This document shows, in pieces, positions 36,401-51,200 of a stretch of 64,000 nt of DNA. Both the position numbers and the translations under genes were made by a program. How positions within the stretch are numbered: the stretch's first letter is position 1; every line of letters begins with the position of its first letter. This DNA comes from Yuukianura sp. NJ FZ-2021 (taxonomy: Eukaryota). The stretch lies in contig CM102287.1 of assembly GCA_046563655.1 (NCBI GenBank), positions 310,001-374,000 on the forward strand. Reading direction: 5' to 3'. A model generated the notes under the pieces. It searched no databases. It saw only the letters and a list, made by a program, of their open reading frames with translations, and was not told where the DNA came from.

Positions 36401-39400
36401 GGCTCCTGTAGCACTTTTTATGAGGATTTCAAAAATGTAATTTACTTTTACCTGGCATCGTTTCGGAATGCATTTCTTTTGAATTTTTGTTGTGAAACAT
36501 GAATTTTCATAAATAAAGGTAACAAGATGAGGGACGACACAGCAAGTGAAAGTGGGCTTCTGTAGCTCTTTTTATGAGGATTTCAAAAATGTAGTTGACT
36601 TTTACCTAGCATCGTTTCGGATTGCATTTCTTTTGAATTCTTTGTTTTGAAACATGAATTTTCATAAATAAAAGTAACAAGATTAGGGACGACACAGCAA
36701 GTGAAAATGGGCTCCTGTAGCACATATTATGAGGATTTCAAAAATGAAATTTACTTTCTGTTCATTCTCACATTAGCATGTTTATTCTCAGAAATTTAAG
36801 TCGTTTTCGACAAAATGGTGCTCGGCATTGCCCTGGGTACCGTTTACCAACCCAAGATAAACTCCGAGGCAGAGCGGTTCATCCAGACTCTTAAGTACGC
36901 TCTAACCAGATTTAATGGTGATCTATCCACGCCAATTATCCTTGGGTTCCTGTAGTACTTTTCAGGAGGATTTCAGAAAAGTAACTCGTTTTCACCCGGC
37001 ATCGCTCCGCGTGGAGGTTTTTCGAAATATTTGTTTGGAAACAAATTTTCATAAAGAAAAGTAACGAGATGAGGGACGACACAGCAAGTGAAAGTGGGTT
37101 CCTGTAGCCCTTTTTATGAGGATTTCAAAAATGTAGTTGACTGTTACCTAGCATCGTTCCGGAATGCATTTCTTTTGAATTCTCTGTTTTGAAACATGAA
37201 TTTTCATAAATAAAAGTAACAAGATGAGGGACGACACAGCAAGTGAAAGTGGGCTCCTGTAGCACTTTTTATGAGGATTTCAAAAATGTAATTTACTTTT
37301 ACCTGGCATCGTTTCGGAATGCATTTCTTTTGAATTTTTGTTGTGAAACATGAATTTTCATAAATAAAGGTAACAAGATGAGGGACGACACAGCAAGTGA
37401 AAGTGGGCTTCTGTAGCTCTTTTTATGAGGATTTCAAAAATGTAGTTGACTTTTACCTAGCATCGTTTCGGATTGCATTTCTTTTGAATTCTTTGTTTTG
37501 AAACATGAATTTTCATAAATAAAAGTAACAAGATTAGAGACGACACAGCAAGTGAAAGTGGGCTCTTGTAGCACTTTTTATGTGGATTTCAAAGCTGTAG
37601 TTGATTTTTACCCAGCATCGTTCCGGAACGCATTTCTTTTGAATTCTTTGTTTTGAAACAAGAATTTTCCTAAATAAAAGTAACAAGATTAGGGACGACA
37701 CAGCAAGTGAAAGTGGGCTCCTGTAGCACTTATTATGAGGATTTCAAAAATGAAATTTACTTTCTGTTTATTCTCACATTAGCATGTTCATTCTCACAAA
37801 TTTAAGTCGTTTTCGACAAAATGGTGCTCGGCATTGCACTGGGTACCGTTTACCAACCCAAGATAAACTCCGAGGCAGAGCGGTTCATCCAGACTTTTAA
37901 GTACGCTCTAACCAGATTTAATGGCGATCTATCCACGCCAATTATCCTTGGGTTCCTGTAGTACTTTTCAGGAGGATTTCAGAAAAGTAACTCATTTTCA
38001 CCCGGCATCGCTCCGCGTGGAGGTTTTTCGAAATATTTGTTTGGAAACAAATTTTCATAAAGAAAAGTAACGAGATGAGGGACGACACAGCAAGTGAAAG
38101 TGGGTTCCTGTAGCCCTTTTTATGAGGATTTCAAAAATGTAGTTGACTGTTACCTAGCATCGTTCCGGAATTCATTTCTTTTGAATTCTCTGTTTTGAAA
38201 CATGAATTTTCATAAATAAAAGTAACAAGATGAGGGACGACACAGCAAGTGAAAGTGGGCTCCTGTAGCACTTTTTATGAGGATTTCAAAAATGTAATTT
38301 ACTTTTACCTGGCATCGTTTCGGAATGCATTTCTTTTGAATTCTTTGTTTTGAAACATGAATTTTCCTAAATAAAAGTAACAAGATTAGGGACGACACAG
38401 CAAGTGAAAATGGGCTCCTGTAGCACATATTATGAGGATTTCAAAAATGAAATTTACTTTCTGTTCATTCTCACATTAGCATGTTTATTCTCAGAAATTT
38501 AAGTCGTTTTCGACAAAATGGTGCTCGGCATTGCCCTGGGTACCGTTTACCAACCCAAGATAAACTCCGAGGCAGAGCGGTTCATCCAGACTCTTAAGTA
38601 CGCTCTAACCAGATTTAATGGTGATCTATCCACGCCAATTATCCTTGGGTTCCTGTAGTACTTTTCAGGAGGATTTCAGAAAAGTAACTCGTTTTCACCC
38701 GGCATCGCTCCGCGTGGAGGTTTTTCGAAATATTTGTTTGGAAACAAATTTTCATAAAGAAAAGTAACGAGATGAGGGACGACACAGCAAGTGAAAGTGG
38801 GTTCCTGTAGCCCTTTTTATGAGGATTTCAAAAATGTAGTTGACTGTTACCTAGCATCGTTCCGGAATGCATTTCTTTTGAATTCTCTGTTTTGAAACAT
38901 GAATTTTCATAAATAAAAGTAACAAGATGAGGGACGACACAGCAAGTGAAAGTGGGCTCCTGTAGCACTTTTTATGAGGATTTCAAAAATGTAATTTACT
39001 TTTACCTGGCATCGTTTCGGAATGCATTTCTTTTGAATTTTTGTTGTGAAACATGAATTTTCATAAATAAAGGTAACAAGATGAGGGACGACACAGCAAG
39101 TGAAAGTGGGCTTCTGTAGCTCTTTTTATGCGGATTTCAAAAATGTAGTTGACTTTTACCTAGCATCGTTTCGGATTGCATTTCTTTTGAATTCTTTGTT
39201 TTGAAACATGAATTTTCATAAATAAAAGTAACAAGATTAGAGACGACACAGCAAGTGAAAGTGGGCTCCTGTAGCACTTTTTATGTGGATTTCAAAGCTG
39301 TAGTTGATTTTTACCCAGCATCGTTCCGGAACGCATTTCTTTTGAATTCTTTGTTTTGAAACAAGAATTTTCCTAAATAAAAGTAACAAGATTAGGGACG

Positions 39401-42400
39401 ACACAGCAAGTGAAAGTGGGCTTCTGTAGCTCTTTTTATGAGGATTTCAAAAATGTAGTTGACTTTTACCTAGCATCGTTTCGGATTGCATTTCTTTTGA
39501 ATTCTTTGTTTTGAAACATGAATTTTCATAAATAAAAGTAACAAGATTAGGGACGACACAGCAAGTGAAAATGGGCTCCTGTAGCACATATTATGAGGAT
39601 TTCAAAAATGAAATTTACTTTCTGTTCATTCTCACATTAGCATGTTTATTCTCAGAAATTTAAGTCGTTTTCGACAAAATGGTGCTCGGCATTGCCCTGG
39701 GTACCGTTTACCAACCCAAGATAAACTCCGAGGCAGAGCGGTTCATCCAGACTCTTAAGTACGCTCTAACCAGATTTAATGGTGATCTATCCACGCCAAT
39801 TATCCTTGGGTTCCTGTAGTACTTTTCAGGAGGATTTCAGAAAAGTAACTCGTTTTCACCCGGCATCGCTCCGCGTGGAGGTTTTTCGAAATATTTGTTT
39901 GGAAACAAATTTTCATAAAGAAAAGTAACGAGATGAGGGACGACACAGCAAGTGAAAGTGGGTTCCTGTAGCCCTTTTTATGAGGATTTCAAAAATGTAG
40001 TTGACTGTTACCTAGCATCGTTCCGGAATGCATTTCTTTTGAATTCTCTGTTTTGAAACATGAATTTTCATAAATAAAAGTAACAAGATGAGGGACGACA
40101 CAGCAAGTGAAAGTGGGCTCCTGTAGCACTTTTTATGAGGATTTCAAAAATGTAATTTACTTTTACCTGGCATCGTTTCGGAATGCATTTCTTTTGAATT
40201 TTTGTTGTGAAACATGAATTTTCATAAATAAAGGTAACAAGATGAGGGACGACACAGCAAGTGAAAGTGGGCTTCTGTAGCTCTTTTTATGAGGATTTCA
40301 AAAATGTAGTTGACTTTTACCTAGCATCGTTTCGGATTGCATTTCTTTTGAATTCTTTGTTTTGAAACATGAATTTTCATAAATAAAAGTAACAAGATTA
40401 GAGACGACACAGCAAGTGAAAGTGGGCTCCTGTAGCACTTTTTATGTGGATTTCAAAGCTGTAGTTGATTTTTACCCAGCATCGTTCCGGAACGCATTTC
40501 TTTTGAATTCTTTGTTTTGAAACAAGAATTTTCCTAAATAAAAGTAACAAGATTAGGGACGACACAGCAAGTGAAAGTGGGCTCCTGTAGCACTTATTAT
40601 GAGGATTTCAAAAATGAAATTTACTTTCTGTTTATTCTCACATTAGCATGTTCATTCTCACAAATTTAAGTCGTTTTCGACAAAATGGTGCTCGGCATTG
40701 CACTGGGTACCGTTTACCAACCCAAGATAAACTCCGAGGCAGAGCGGTTCATCCAGACTTTTAAGTACGCTCTAACCAGATTTAATGGCGATCTATCCAC
40801 GCCAATTATCCTTGGGTTCCTGTAGTACTTTTCAGGAGGATTTCAGAAAAGTAACTCATTTTCACCCGGCATCGCTCCGCGTGGAGGTTTTTCGAAATAT
40901 TTGTTTGGAAACAAATTTTCATAAAGAAAAGTAACGAGATGAGGGACGACACAGCAAGTGAAAGTGGGTTCCTGTAGCCCTTTTTATGAGGATTTCAAAA
41001 ATGTAGTTGACTGTTACCTAGCATCGTTCCGGAATTCATTTCTTTTGAATTCTCTGTTTTGAAACATGAATTTTCATAAATAAAAGTAACAAGATGAGGG
41101 ACGACACAGCAAGTGAAAGTGGGCTCCTGTAGCACTTTTTATGAGGATTTCAAAAATGTAATTTACTTTTACCTGGCATCGTTTCGGAATGCATTTCTTT
41201 TGAATTCTTTGTTTTGAAACATGAATTTTCCTAAATAAAAGTAACAAAGATTAGGGACGACACAGCAAGTGAAAATGGGCTCCTGTAGCACATATTATGA
41301 GGATTTCAAAAATGAAATTTACTTTCTGTTCATTCTCACATTAGCATGTTTATTCTCAGAAATTTAAGTCGTTTTCGACAAAATGGTGCTCGGCATTGCC
41401 CTGGGTACCGTTTACCAACCCAAGATAAACTCCGAGGCAGAGCGGTTCATCCAGACTCTTAAGTACGCTCTAACCAGATTTAATGGTGATCTATCCACGC
41501 CAATTATCCTTGGGTTCCTGTAGTACTTTTCAGGAGGATTTCAGAAAAGTAACTCGTTTTCACCCGGCATCGCTCCGCGTGGAGGTTTTTCGAAATATTT
41601 GTTTGGAAACAAATTTTCATAAAGAAAAGTAACGAGATGAGGGACGACACAGCAAGTGAAAGTGGGTTCCTGTAGCCCTTTTTATGAGGATTTCAAAAAT
41701 GTAGTTGACTGTTACCTAGCATCGTTCCGGAATGCATTTCTTTTGAATTCTCTGTTTTGAAACATGAATTTTCATAAATAAAAGTAACAAGATGAGGGAC
41801 GACACAGCAAGTGAAAGTGGGCTCCTGTAGCACTTTTTATGAGGATTTCAAAAATGTAATTTACTTTTACCTGGCATCGTTTCGGAATGCATTTCTTTTG
41901 AATTTTTGTTGTGAAACATGAATTTTCATAAATAAAGGTAACAAGATGAGGGACGACACAGCAAGTGAAAGTGGGCTTCTGTAGCTCTTTTTATGAGGAT
42001 TTCAAAAATGTAGTTGACTTTTACCTAGCATCGTTTCGGATTGCATTTCTTTTGAATTCTTTGTTTTGAAACATGAATTTTCATAAATAAAAGTAACAAG
42101 ATTAGAGACGACACAGCAAGTGAAAGTGGGCTCCTGTAGCACTTTTTATGTGGATTTCAAAGCTGTAGTTGATTTTTACCCAGCATCGTTCCGGAACGCA
42201 TTTCTTTTGAATTCTTTGTTTTGAAACAAGAATTTTCCTAAATAAAAGTAACAAGATTAGGGACGACACAGCAAGTGAAAGTGGGCTCCTGTAGCACTTA
42301 TTATGAGGATTTCAAAAATGAAATTTACTTTCTGTTTATTCTCACATTAGCATGTTCATTCTCACAAATTTAAGTCGTTTTCGACAAAATGGTGCTCGGC

Positions 42401-44816
42401 ATTGCACTGGGTACCGTTTACCAACCCAAGATAAACTCCGAGGCAGAGCGGTTCATCCAGACTTTTAAGTACGCTCTAACCAGATTTAATGGCGATCTAT
42501 CCACGCCAATTATCCTTGGGTTCCTGTAGTACTTTTCAGGAGGATTTCAGAAAAGTAACTCATTTTCACCCGGCATCGCTCCGCGTGGAGGTTTTTCGAA
42601 ATATTTGTTTGGAAACAAATTTTCATAAAGAAAAGTAACGAGATTAGGGACGACACAGCAAGTGAAAGTGGGTTCCTGTAGCCCTTTTTATGAGGATTTC
42701 AAAAATGTAGTTGACTGTTACCTAGCATCGTTCCGGAATGCATTTCTTTTGAATTCTCTGTTTTGAAACATGAATTTTCATAAATAAAAGTAACAAGATG
42801 AGGGACGACACAGCAAGTGAAAGTGGGCTCCTGTAGCACTTTTTATGAGGATTTCAAAAATGTAATTTACTTTTACCTGGCATCGTTTCGGAATGCATTT
42901 CTTTTGAATTTTTGTTGTGAAACATGAATTTTCATAAATAAAGGTAACAAGATGAGGGACGACACAGCAAGTGAAAGTGGGCTTCTGTAGCTCTTTTTAT
43001 GAGGATTTCAAAAATGTAGTTGACTTTTACCTAGCATCGTTTCGGATTGCATTTCTTTTGAATTCTTTGTTTTGAAACATGAATTTTCATAAATAAAAGT
43101 AACAAGATTAGGGACGACACAGCAAGTGAAAGTGGGCTCCTGTAGCACTTTTTATGTGGATTTCAAAGCTGTAGTTGATTTTTACCTAGCATCGTTTCGG
43201 AATGCATTTCTTTTGAATTCTTTGTTTTGAAACATGAATTTTCATAAATAAAAGTAACAAGATTAGGGACGACACAGCAAGTGAAAGTGGGCTCCTGTAG
43301 CACTTTTTATGTGGATTTCAAAGCTGTAGTTGATTTTTACCCAGCATCGTTCCGGAATGCATTTCTTTTGAATTCTTTGTTTTGAAACAAGAATTTTCCT
43401 AAATAAAAGTAACAAGATTAGGGACGACACAGCAAGTGAAAGTGGGCTCCTGTAGCACTTATTATGAGGATTTCAAAAATGAAATTTACTTTCTGTTTAT
43501 TCTCACATTAGCATGTTCATTCTCACAAATTTAAGTCGTTTTCGACAAAATGGTGCTCGGCATTGCCCTGGGTACCGTTTACCAACCCAAGATAAACTCC
43601 GAGGCAGAGCGGTTCATCCAGACTTTTAAGTACGCTCTAACCAGATTTAATGGCGATCTATCCACGCCAATTATCCTTGGGTTCCTGTAGTACTTTTCAG
43701 GAGGATTTCAGAAAAGTAACTCATTTTCACCCGGCATCGCTCCGCGTGGAGGTTTTTCGAAATATTTGTTTGGAAACAAATTTTCATAAAGAAAAGTAAC
43801 GAGATGAGGGACGACACAGCAAGTGAAAGTGGGTTCCTGTAGCCCTTTTTATGAGGATTTCAAAAATGTAGTTGACTGTTACCTAGCATCGTTCCGGAAT
43901 TCATTTCTTTTGAATTCTCTGTTTTGAAACATGAATTTTCATAAATAAAAGTAACAAGATGAGGGACGACACAGCAAGTGAAAGTGGGCTCCTGTAGCAC
44001 TTTTTATGAGGATTTCAAAAATGTAATTTACTTTTACCTGGCATCGTTTCGGAATGCATTTCTTTTGAATTCTTTGTTTTGAAACATGAATTTTCCTAAA
44101 TAAAAGTAACAAGATTAGGGACGACACAGCAAGTGAAAATGGGCTCCTGTAGCACATATTATGAGGATTTCAAAAATGAAATTTACTTTCTGTTCATTCT
44201 CACATTAGCATGTTTATTCTCAGAAATTTAAGTCGTTTTCGACAAAATGGTGCTCGGCATTGCCCTGGGTACCGTTTACCAACCCAAGATAAACTCCGAG
44301 GCAGAGCGGTTCATCCAGACTCTTAAGTACGCTCTAACCAGATTTAATGGTGATCTATCCACGCCAATTATCCTTGGGTTCCTGTAGTACTTTTCAGGAG
44401 GATTTCAGAAAAGTAACTCGTTTTCACCCGGCATCGCTCCGCGTGGAGGTTTTTCGAAATATTTGTTTGGAAACAAATTTTCATAAAGAAAAGTAACGAG
44501 ATGAGGGACGACACAGCAAGTGAAAGTGGGTTCCTGTAGCCCTTTTTATGAGGATTTCAAAAATGTAGTTGACTGTTACCTAGCATCGTTTCGGATTGCA
44601 TTTCTTTTGAATTCTTTGTTTTGAAACATGAATTTTCATAAATAAAAGTAACAAGATTAGGGACGACACAGCAAGTGAAAGTGGGCTCCTGTAGCACTTT
44701 TTATGTGGATTTCAAAGCTGTAGTTGATTTTTACCCAGCATCGTTCCGGAACGCATTTCTTTTGAATTCTTTGTTTTGAAACAAGAATTTTCCTAAATAA
44801 AAGTAACAAGATTAGG

Positions 44817-47800
44817 GACGACACAGCAAGTGAAAGTGGGCTCCTGTAGCACTTATTATGAGGATTTCAAAAATGAAATTTACTTTCTGTTTATTCTCAC
44901 ATTAGCATGTTCATTCTCACAAATTTAAGTCGTTTTCGACAAAATGGTGCTCGGCATTGCCCTGGGTACCGTTTACCAACCCAAGATAAACTCCGAGGCA
45001 GAGCGGTTCATCCAGACTTTTAAGTACGCTCTAACCAGATTTAATGGCGATCTATCCACGCCAATTATCCTTGGGTTCCTGTAGTACTTTTCAGGAGGAT
45101 TTCAGAAAAGTAACTCATTTTCACCCGGCATCGCTCCGCGTGGAGGTTTTTCGAAATATTTGTTTGGAAACAAATTTTCATAAAGAAAAGTAACGAGATG
45201 AGGGACGACACAGCAAGTGAAAGTGGGTTCCTGTAGCCCTTTTTATGAGGATTTCAAAAATGTAGTTGACTGTTACCTAGCATCGTTCCGGAATTCATTT
45301 CTTTTGAATTCTCTGTTTTGAAACATGAATTTTCATAAATAAAAGTAACAAGATGAGGGACGACACAGCAAGTGAAAGTGGGCTCCTGTAGCACTTTTTA
45401 TGAGGATTTCAAAAATGTAATTTACTTTTACCTGGCATCGTTTCGGAATGCATTTCTTTTGAATTCTTTGTTTTGAAACATGAATTTTCCTAAATAAAAG
45501 TAACAAGATTAGGGACGACACAGCAAGTGAAAATGGGCTCCTGTAGCACATATTATGAGGATTTCAAAAATGAAATTTACTTTCTGTTCATTCTCACATT
45601 AGCATGTTTATTCTCAGAAATTTAAGTCGTTTTCGACAAAATGGTGCTCGGCATTGCCCTGGGTACCGTTTACCAACCCAAGATAAACTCCGAGGCAGAG
45701 CGGTTCATCCAGACTCTTAAGTACGCTCTAACCAGATTTAATGGTGATCTATCCACGCCAATTATCCTTGGGTTCCTGTAGTACTTTTCAGGAGGATTTC
45801 AGAAAAGTAACTCGTTTTCACCCGGCATCGCTCCGCGTGGAGGTTTTTCGAAATATTTGTTTGGAAACAAATTTTCATAAAGAAAAGTAACGAGATGAGG
45901 GACGACACAGCAAGTGAAAGTGGGTTCCTGTAGCCCTTTTTATGAGGATTTCAAAAATGTAGTTGACTGTTACCTAGCATCGTTCCGGAATGCATTTCTT
46001 TTGAATTCTCTGTTTTGAAACATGAATTTTCATATATAAAAGTAACAAGATGAGGGACGACACAGCAAGTGAAAGTGGGCTGCTGTAGCACTTTTTATGA
46101 GCATTTCAAAAATGTAATTTACTTTTACCTGGCATCGTTTCGGAATGCATTTCTTTTGAATTTTTGTTGTGAAACATGAATTTTCATAAATAAAGGTAAC
46201 AAGATGAGGGACGACACAGCAAGTGAAAGTGGGCTTCTGTAGCTCTTTTTATGAGGATTTCAAAAATGTAGTTGACTTTTACCTAGCATCGTTTCGGATT
46301 GCATTTCTTTTGAATTCTTTGTTTTGAAACATGAATTTTCATAAATAAAAGTAACAAGATTAGGGACGACACAGCAAGTGAAAGTGGGCTCCTGTAGCAC
46401 TTTTTATGTGGATTTCAAAGCTGTAGTTGATTTTTACCCAGCATCGTTCCGGAACGCATTTCTTTTGAATTCTTTGTTTTGAAACAAGAATTTTCCTAAA
46501 TAAAAGTAACAAGATTAGGGACGACACAGCAAGTGAAAGTGGGCTCCTGTAGCACTTATTATGAGGATTTCAAAAATGAAATTTACTTTCTGTTTATTCT
46601 CACATTAGCATGTTCATTCTCACAAATTTAAGTCGTTTTCGACAAAATGGTGCTCGGCATTGCCCTGGGTACCGTTTACCAACCCAAGATAAACTCCGAG
46701 GCAGAGCGGTTCATCCAGACTTTTAAGTACGCTCTAACCAGATTTAATGGCGATCTATCCACGCCAATTATCCTTGGGTTCCTGTAGTACTTTTCAGGAG
46801 GATTTCAGAAAAGTAACTCATTTTCACCCGGCATCGCTCCGCGTGGAGGTTTTTCGAAATATTTGTTTGGAAACAAATTTTCATAAAGAAAAGTAACGAG
46901 ATGAGGGACGACACAGCAAGTGAAAGTGGGTTCCTGTAGCCCTTTTTATGAGGATTTCAAAAATGTAGTTGACTGTTACCTAGCATCGTTCCGGAATTCA
47001 TTTCTTTTGAATTCTCTGTTTTGAAACATGAATTTTCATAAATAAAAGTAACAAGATGAGGGACGACACAGCAAGTGAAAGTGGGCTCCTGTAGCACTTT
47101 TTATGAGGATTTCAAAAATGTAATTTACTTTTACCTGGCATCGTTTCGGAATGCATTTCTTTTGAATTCTTTGTTTTGAAACATGAATTTTCCTAAATAA
47201 AAGTAACAAGATTAGGGACGACACAGCAAGTGAAAATGGGCTCCTGTAGCACATATTATGAGGATTTCAAAAATGAAATTTACTTTCTGTTCATTCTCAC
47301 ATTAGCATGTTTATTCTCAGAAATTTAAGTCGTTTTCGACAAAATGGTGCTCGGCATTGCCCTGGGTACCGTTTACCAACCCAAGATAAACTCCGAGGCA
47401 GAGCGGTTCATCCAGACTCTTAAGTACGCTCTAACCAGATTTAATGGTGATCTATCCACGCCAATTATCCTTGGGTTCCTGTAGTACTTTTCAGGAGGAT
47501 TTCAGAAAAGTAACTCGTTTTCACCCGGCATCGCTCCGCGTGGAGGTTTTTCGAAATATTTGTTTGGAAACAAATTTTCATAAAGAAAAGTAACGAGATG
47601 AGGGACGACACAGCAAGTGAAAGTGGGTTCCTGTAGCCCTTTTTATGAGGATTTCAAAAATGTAGTTGACTGTTACCTAGCATCGTTCCGGAATGCATTT
47701 CTTTTGAATTCTCTGTTTTGAAACATGAATTTTCATATATAAAAGTAACAAGATGAGGGACGACACAGCAAGTGAAAGTGGGCTGCTGTAGCACTTTTTA

Positions 47801-48222
47801 TGAGCATTTCAAAAATGTGATTTACTTTTACCTGGCATCGTTTCGGAATGCATTTCTTTTGAATTTTTGTTGTGAAACATGAATTTTCATAAATAAAGGT
47901 AACAAGATGAGGGACGACACAGCAAGTGAAAGTGGGCTTCTGTAGCTCTTTTTATGAGGATTTCAAAAATGTAGTTGACTTTTACCTAGCATCGTTTCGG
48001 ATTGCATTTCTTTTGAATTCTTTGTTTTGAAACATGAATTTTCATAAATAAAAGTAACAAGATTAGGGACGACACAGCAAGTGAAAGTGGGCTCCTGTAG
48101 CACTTTTTATGTGGATTTCAAAGCTGTAGTTGATTTTTACCCAGCATCGTTCCGGAACGCATTTCTTTTGAATTCTTTGTTTTGAAACAAGAATTTTCCT
48201 AAATAAAAGTAACAAGATTAGG
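44817..48222 (+). repeat. Two tandem 1703 bp HOR copies sharing private variants
   Basis: Anchors at 44817, 46520 and 48223. Variants CATATATAAA, GGGCTGCTG and ATGAGCATT occur at ~46031-46105 and again 1703 bp later. Confidence 0.92.
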
Positions 48223-51200
48223 GACGACACAGCAAGTGAAAGTGGGCTCCTGTAGCACTTATTATGAGGATTTCAAAAATGAAATTTACTTTCTGTTTAT
48301 TCTCACATTAGCATGTTCATTCTCACAAATTTAAGTCGTTTTCGACAAAATGGTGCTCGGCATTGCCCTGGGTACCGTTTACCAACCCAAGATAAACTCC
48401 GAGGCAGAGCGGTTCATCCAGACTTTTAAGTACGCTCTAACCAGATTTAATGGCGATCTATCCACGCCAATTATCCTTGGGTTCCTGTAGTACTTTTCAG
48501 GAGGATTTCAGAAAAGTAACTCATTTTCACCCGGCATCGCTCCGCGTGGAGGTTTTTCGAAATATTTGTTTGGAAACAAATTTTCATAAAGAAAAGTAAC
48601 GAGATGAGGGACGACACAGCAAGTGAAAGTGGGTTCCTGTAGCCCTTTTTATGAGGATTTCAAAAATGTAGTTGACTGTTACCTAGCATCGTTCCGGAAT
48701 TCATTTCTTTTGAATTCTCTGTTTTGAAACATGAATTTTCATAAATAAAAGTAACAAGATGAGGGACGACACAGCAAGTGAAAGTGGGCTCCTGTAGCAC
48801 TTTTTATGAGGATTTCAAAAATGTAATTTACTTTTACCTGGCATCGTTTCGGAATGCATTTCTTTTGAATTCTTTGTTTTGAAACATGAATTTTCATAAA
48901 TAAAAGTAACAAGATTAGGGACGACACAGCAAGTGAAAGTGGGCTCCTGTAGCACTTTTTATGTGGATTTCAAAGCTGTAGTTGATTTTTACCCAGCATC
49001 GTTCCGGAACGCATTTCTTTTGAATTCTTTGTTTTGAAACAAGAATTTTCCTAAATAAAAGTAACAAGATTAGGGACGACACAGCAAGTGAAAGTGGGCT
49101 CCTGTAGCACTTATTATGAGGATTTCAAAAATGAAATTTACTTTCTGTTTATTCTCACATTAGCATGTTCATTCTCACAAATTTAAGTCGTTTTCGACAA
49201 AATGGTGCTCGGCATTGCCCTGGGTACCGTTTACCAACCCAAGATAAACTCCGAGGCAGAGCGGTTCATCCAGACTTTTAAGTACGCTCTAACCAGATTT
49301 AATGGCGATCTATCCACGCCAATTATCCTTGGGTTCCTGTAGTACTTTTCAGGAGGATTTCAGAAAAGTAACTCATTTTCACCCGGCATCGCTCCGCGTG
49401 GAGGTTTTTCGAAATATTTGTTTGGAAACAAATTTTCATAAAGAAAAGTAACGAGATGAGGGACGACACAGCAAGTGAAAATGGGCTCCTGTAGCACATA
49501 TTATGAGGATTTCAAAAATGAAATTTACTTTCTGTTCATTCTCACATTAGCATGTTTATTCTCAGAAATTTAAGTCGTTTTCGACAAAATGGTGCTCGGC
49601 ATTGCCCTGGGTACCGTTTACCAACCCAAGATAAACTCCGAGGCAGAGCGGTTCATCCAGACTCTTAAGTACGCTCTAACCAGATTTAATGGTGATCTAT
49701 CCACGCCAATTATCCTTGGGTTCCTGTAGTACTTTTCAGGAGGATTTCAGAAAAGTAACTCGTTTTCACCCGGCATCGCTCCGCGTGGAGGTTTTTCGAA
49801 ATATTTGTTTGGAAACAAATTTTCATAAAGAAAAGTAACGAGATGAGGGACGACACAGCAAGTGAAAGTGGGTTCCTGTAGCCCTTTTTATGAGGATTTC
49901 AAAAATGTAGTTGACTGTTACCTAGCATCGTTCCGGAATGCATTTCTTTTGAATTCTCTGTTTTGAAACATGAATTTTCATAAATAAAAGTAACAAGATG
50001 AGGGACGACACAGCAAGTGAAAGTGGGCTCCTGTAGCACTTTTTATGAGGATTTCAAAAATGTAATTTACTTTTACCTGGCATCGTTTCGGAATGCATTT
50101 CTTTTGAATTTTTGTTGTGAAACATGAATTTTCATAAATAAAGGTAACGAGATGAGGGACGACACAGCAAGTGAAAGTGGGTTCCTGTAGCCCTTTTTAT
50201 GAGGATTTCAAAAATGTAGTTGACTGTTACCTAGCATCGTTCCGGAATGCATTTCTTTTGAATTCTCTGTTTTGAAACATGAATTTTCATAAATAAAAGT
50301 AACAAGATGAGGGACGACACAGCAAGTGAAAGTGGGCTCCTGTAGCACTTTTTATGAGGATTTCAAAAATGTAATTTACTTTTACCTGGCATCGTTTCGG
50401 AATGCATTTCTTTTGAATTTTTGTTGTGAAACATGAATTTTCATAAATAAAGGTAACAAGATGAGGGACGACACAGCAAGTGAAAGTGGGCTTCTGTAGC
50501 TCTTTTTATGAGGATTTCAAAAATGTAGTTGACTTTTACCTAGCATCGTTTCGGATTGCATTTCTTTTGAATTCTTTGTTTTGAAACATGAATTTTCATA
50601 AATAAAAGTAACAAGATTAGAGACGACACAGCAAGTGAAAGTGGGCTCCTGTAGCAGTTTTTATGTGGATTTCAAAGCTGTAGTTGATTTTGCCCAGCAT
50701 CGTTCCGGAACGCATTTCTTTTGAATTCTTTGTTTTGAAACAAGAATTTTCCTAAATAAAAGTAACAAGATTAGGGACGACACAGCAAGTGAAAGTGGGC
50801 TCCTGTAGCACTTATTATGAGGATTTCAAAAATGAAATTTACTTTCTGTTTATTCTCACATTAGCATGTTCATTCTCACAAATTTAAGTCGTTTTCGACA
50901 AAATGGTGCTCGGCATTGCACTGGGTACCGTTTACCAACCCAAGATAAACTCCGAGGCAGAGCGGTTCATCCAGACTTTTAAGTACGCTCTAACCAGATT
51001 TAATGGCGATCTATCCACGCCAATTATCCTTGGGTTCCTGTAGTACTTTGCAGGAGGATTTCAGAAAAGTAACTCATTTTCACCCGGCATCGCTCCGCGT
51101 GGAGGTTTTTCGAAATATTTGTTTGGAAACAAATTTTCATAAAGAAAAGTAACGAGATTAGGGACGACACAGCAAGTGAAAGTGGGTTCCTGTAGCCCTT

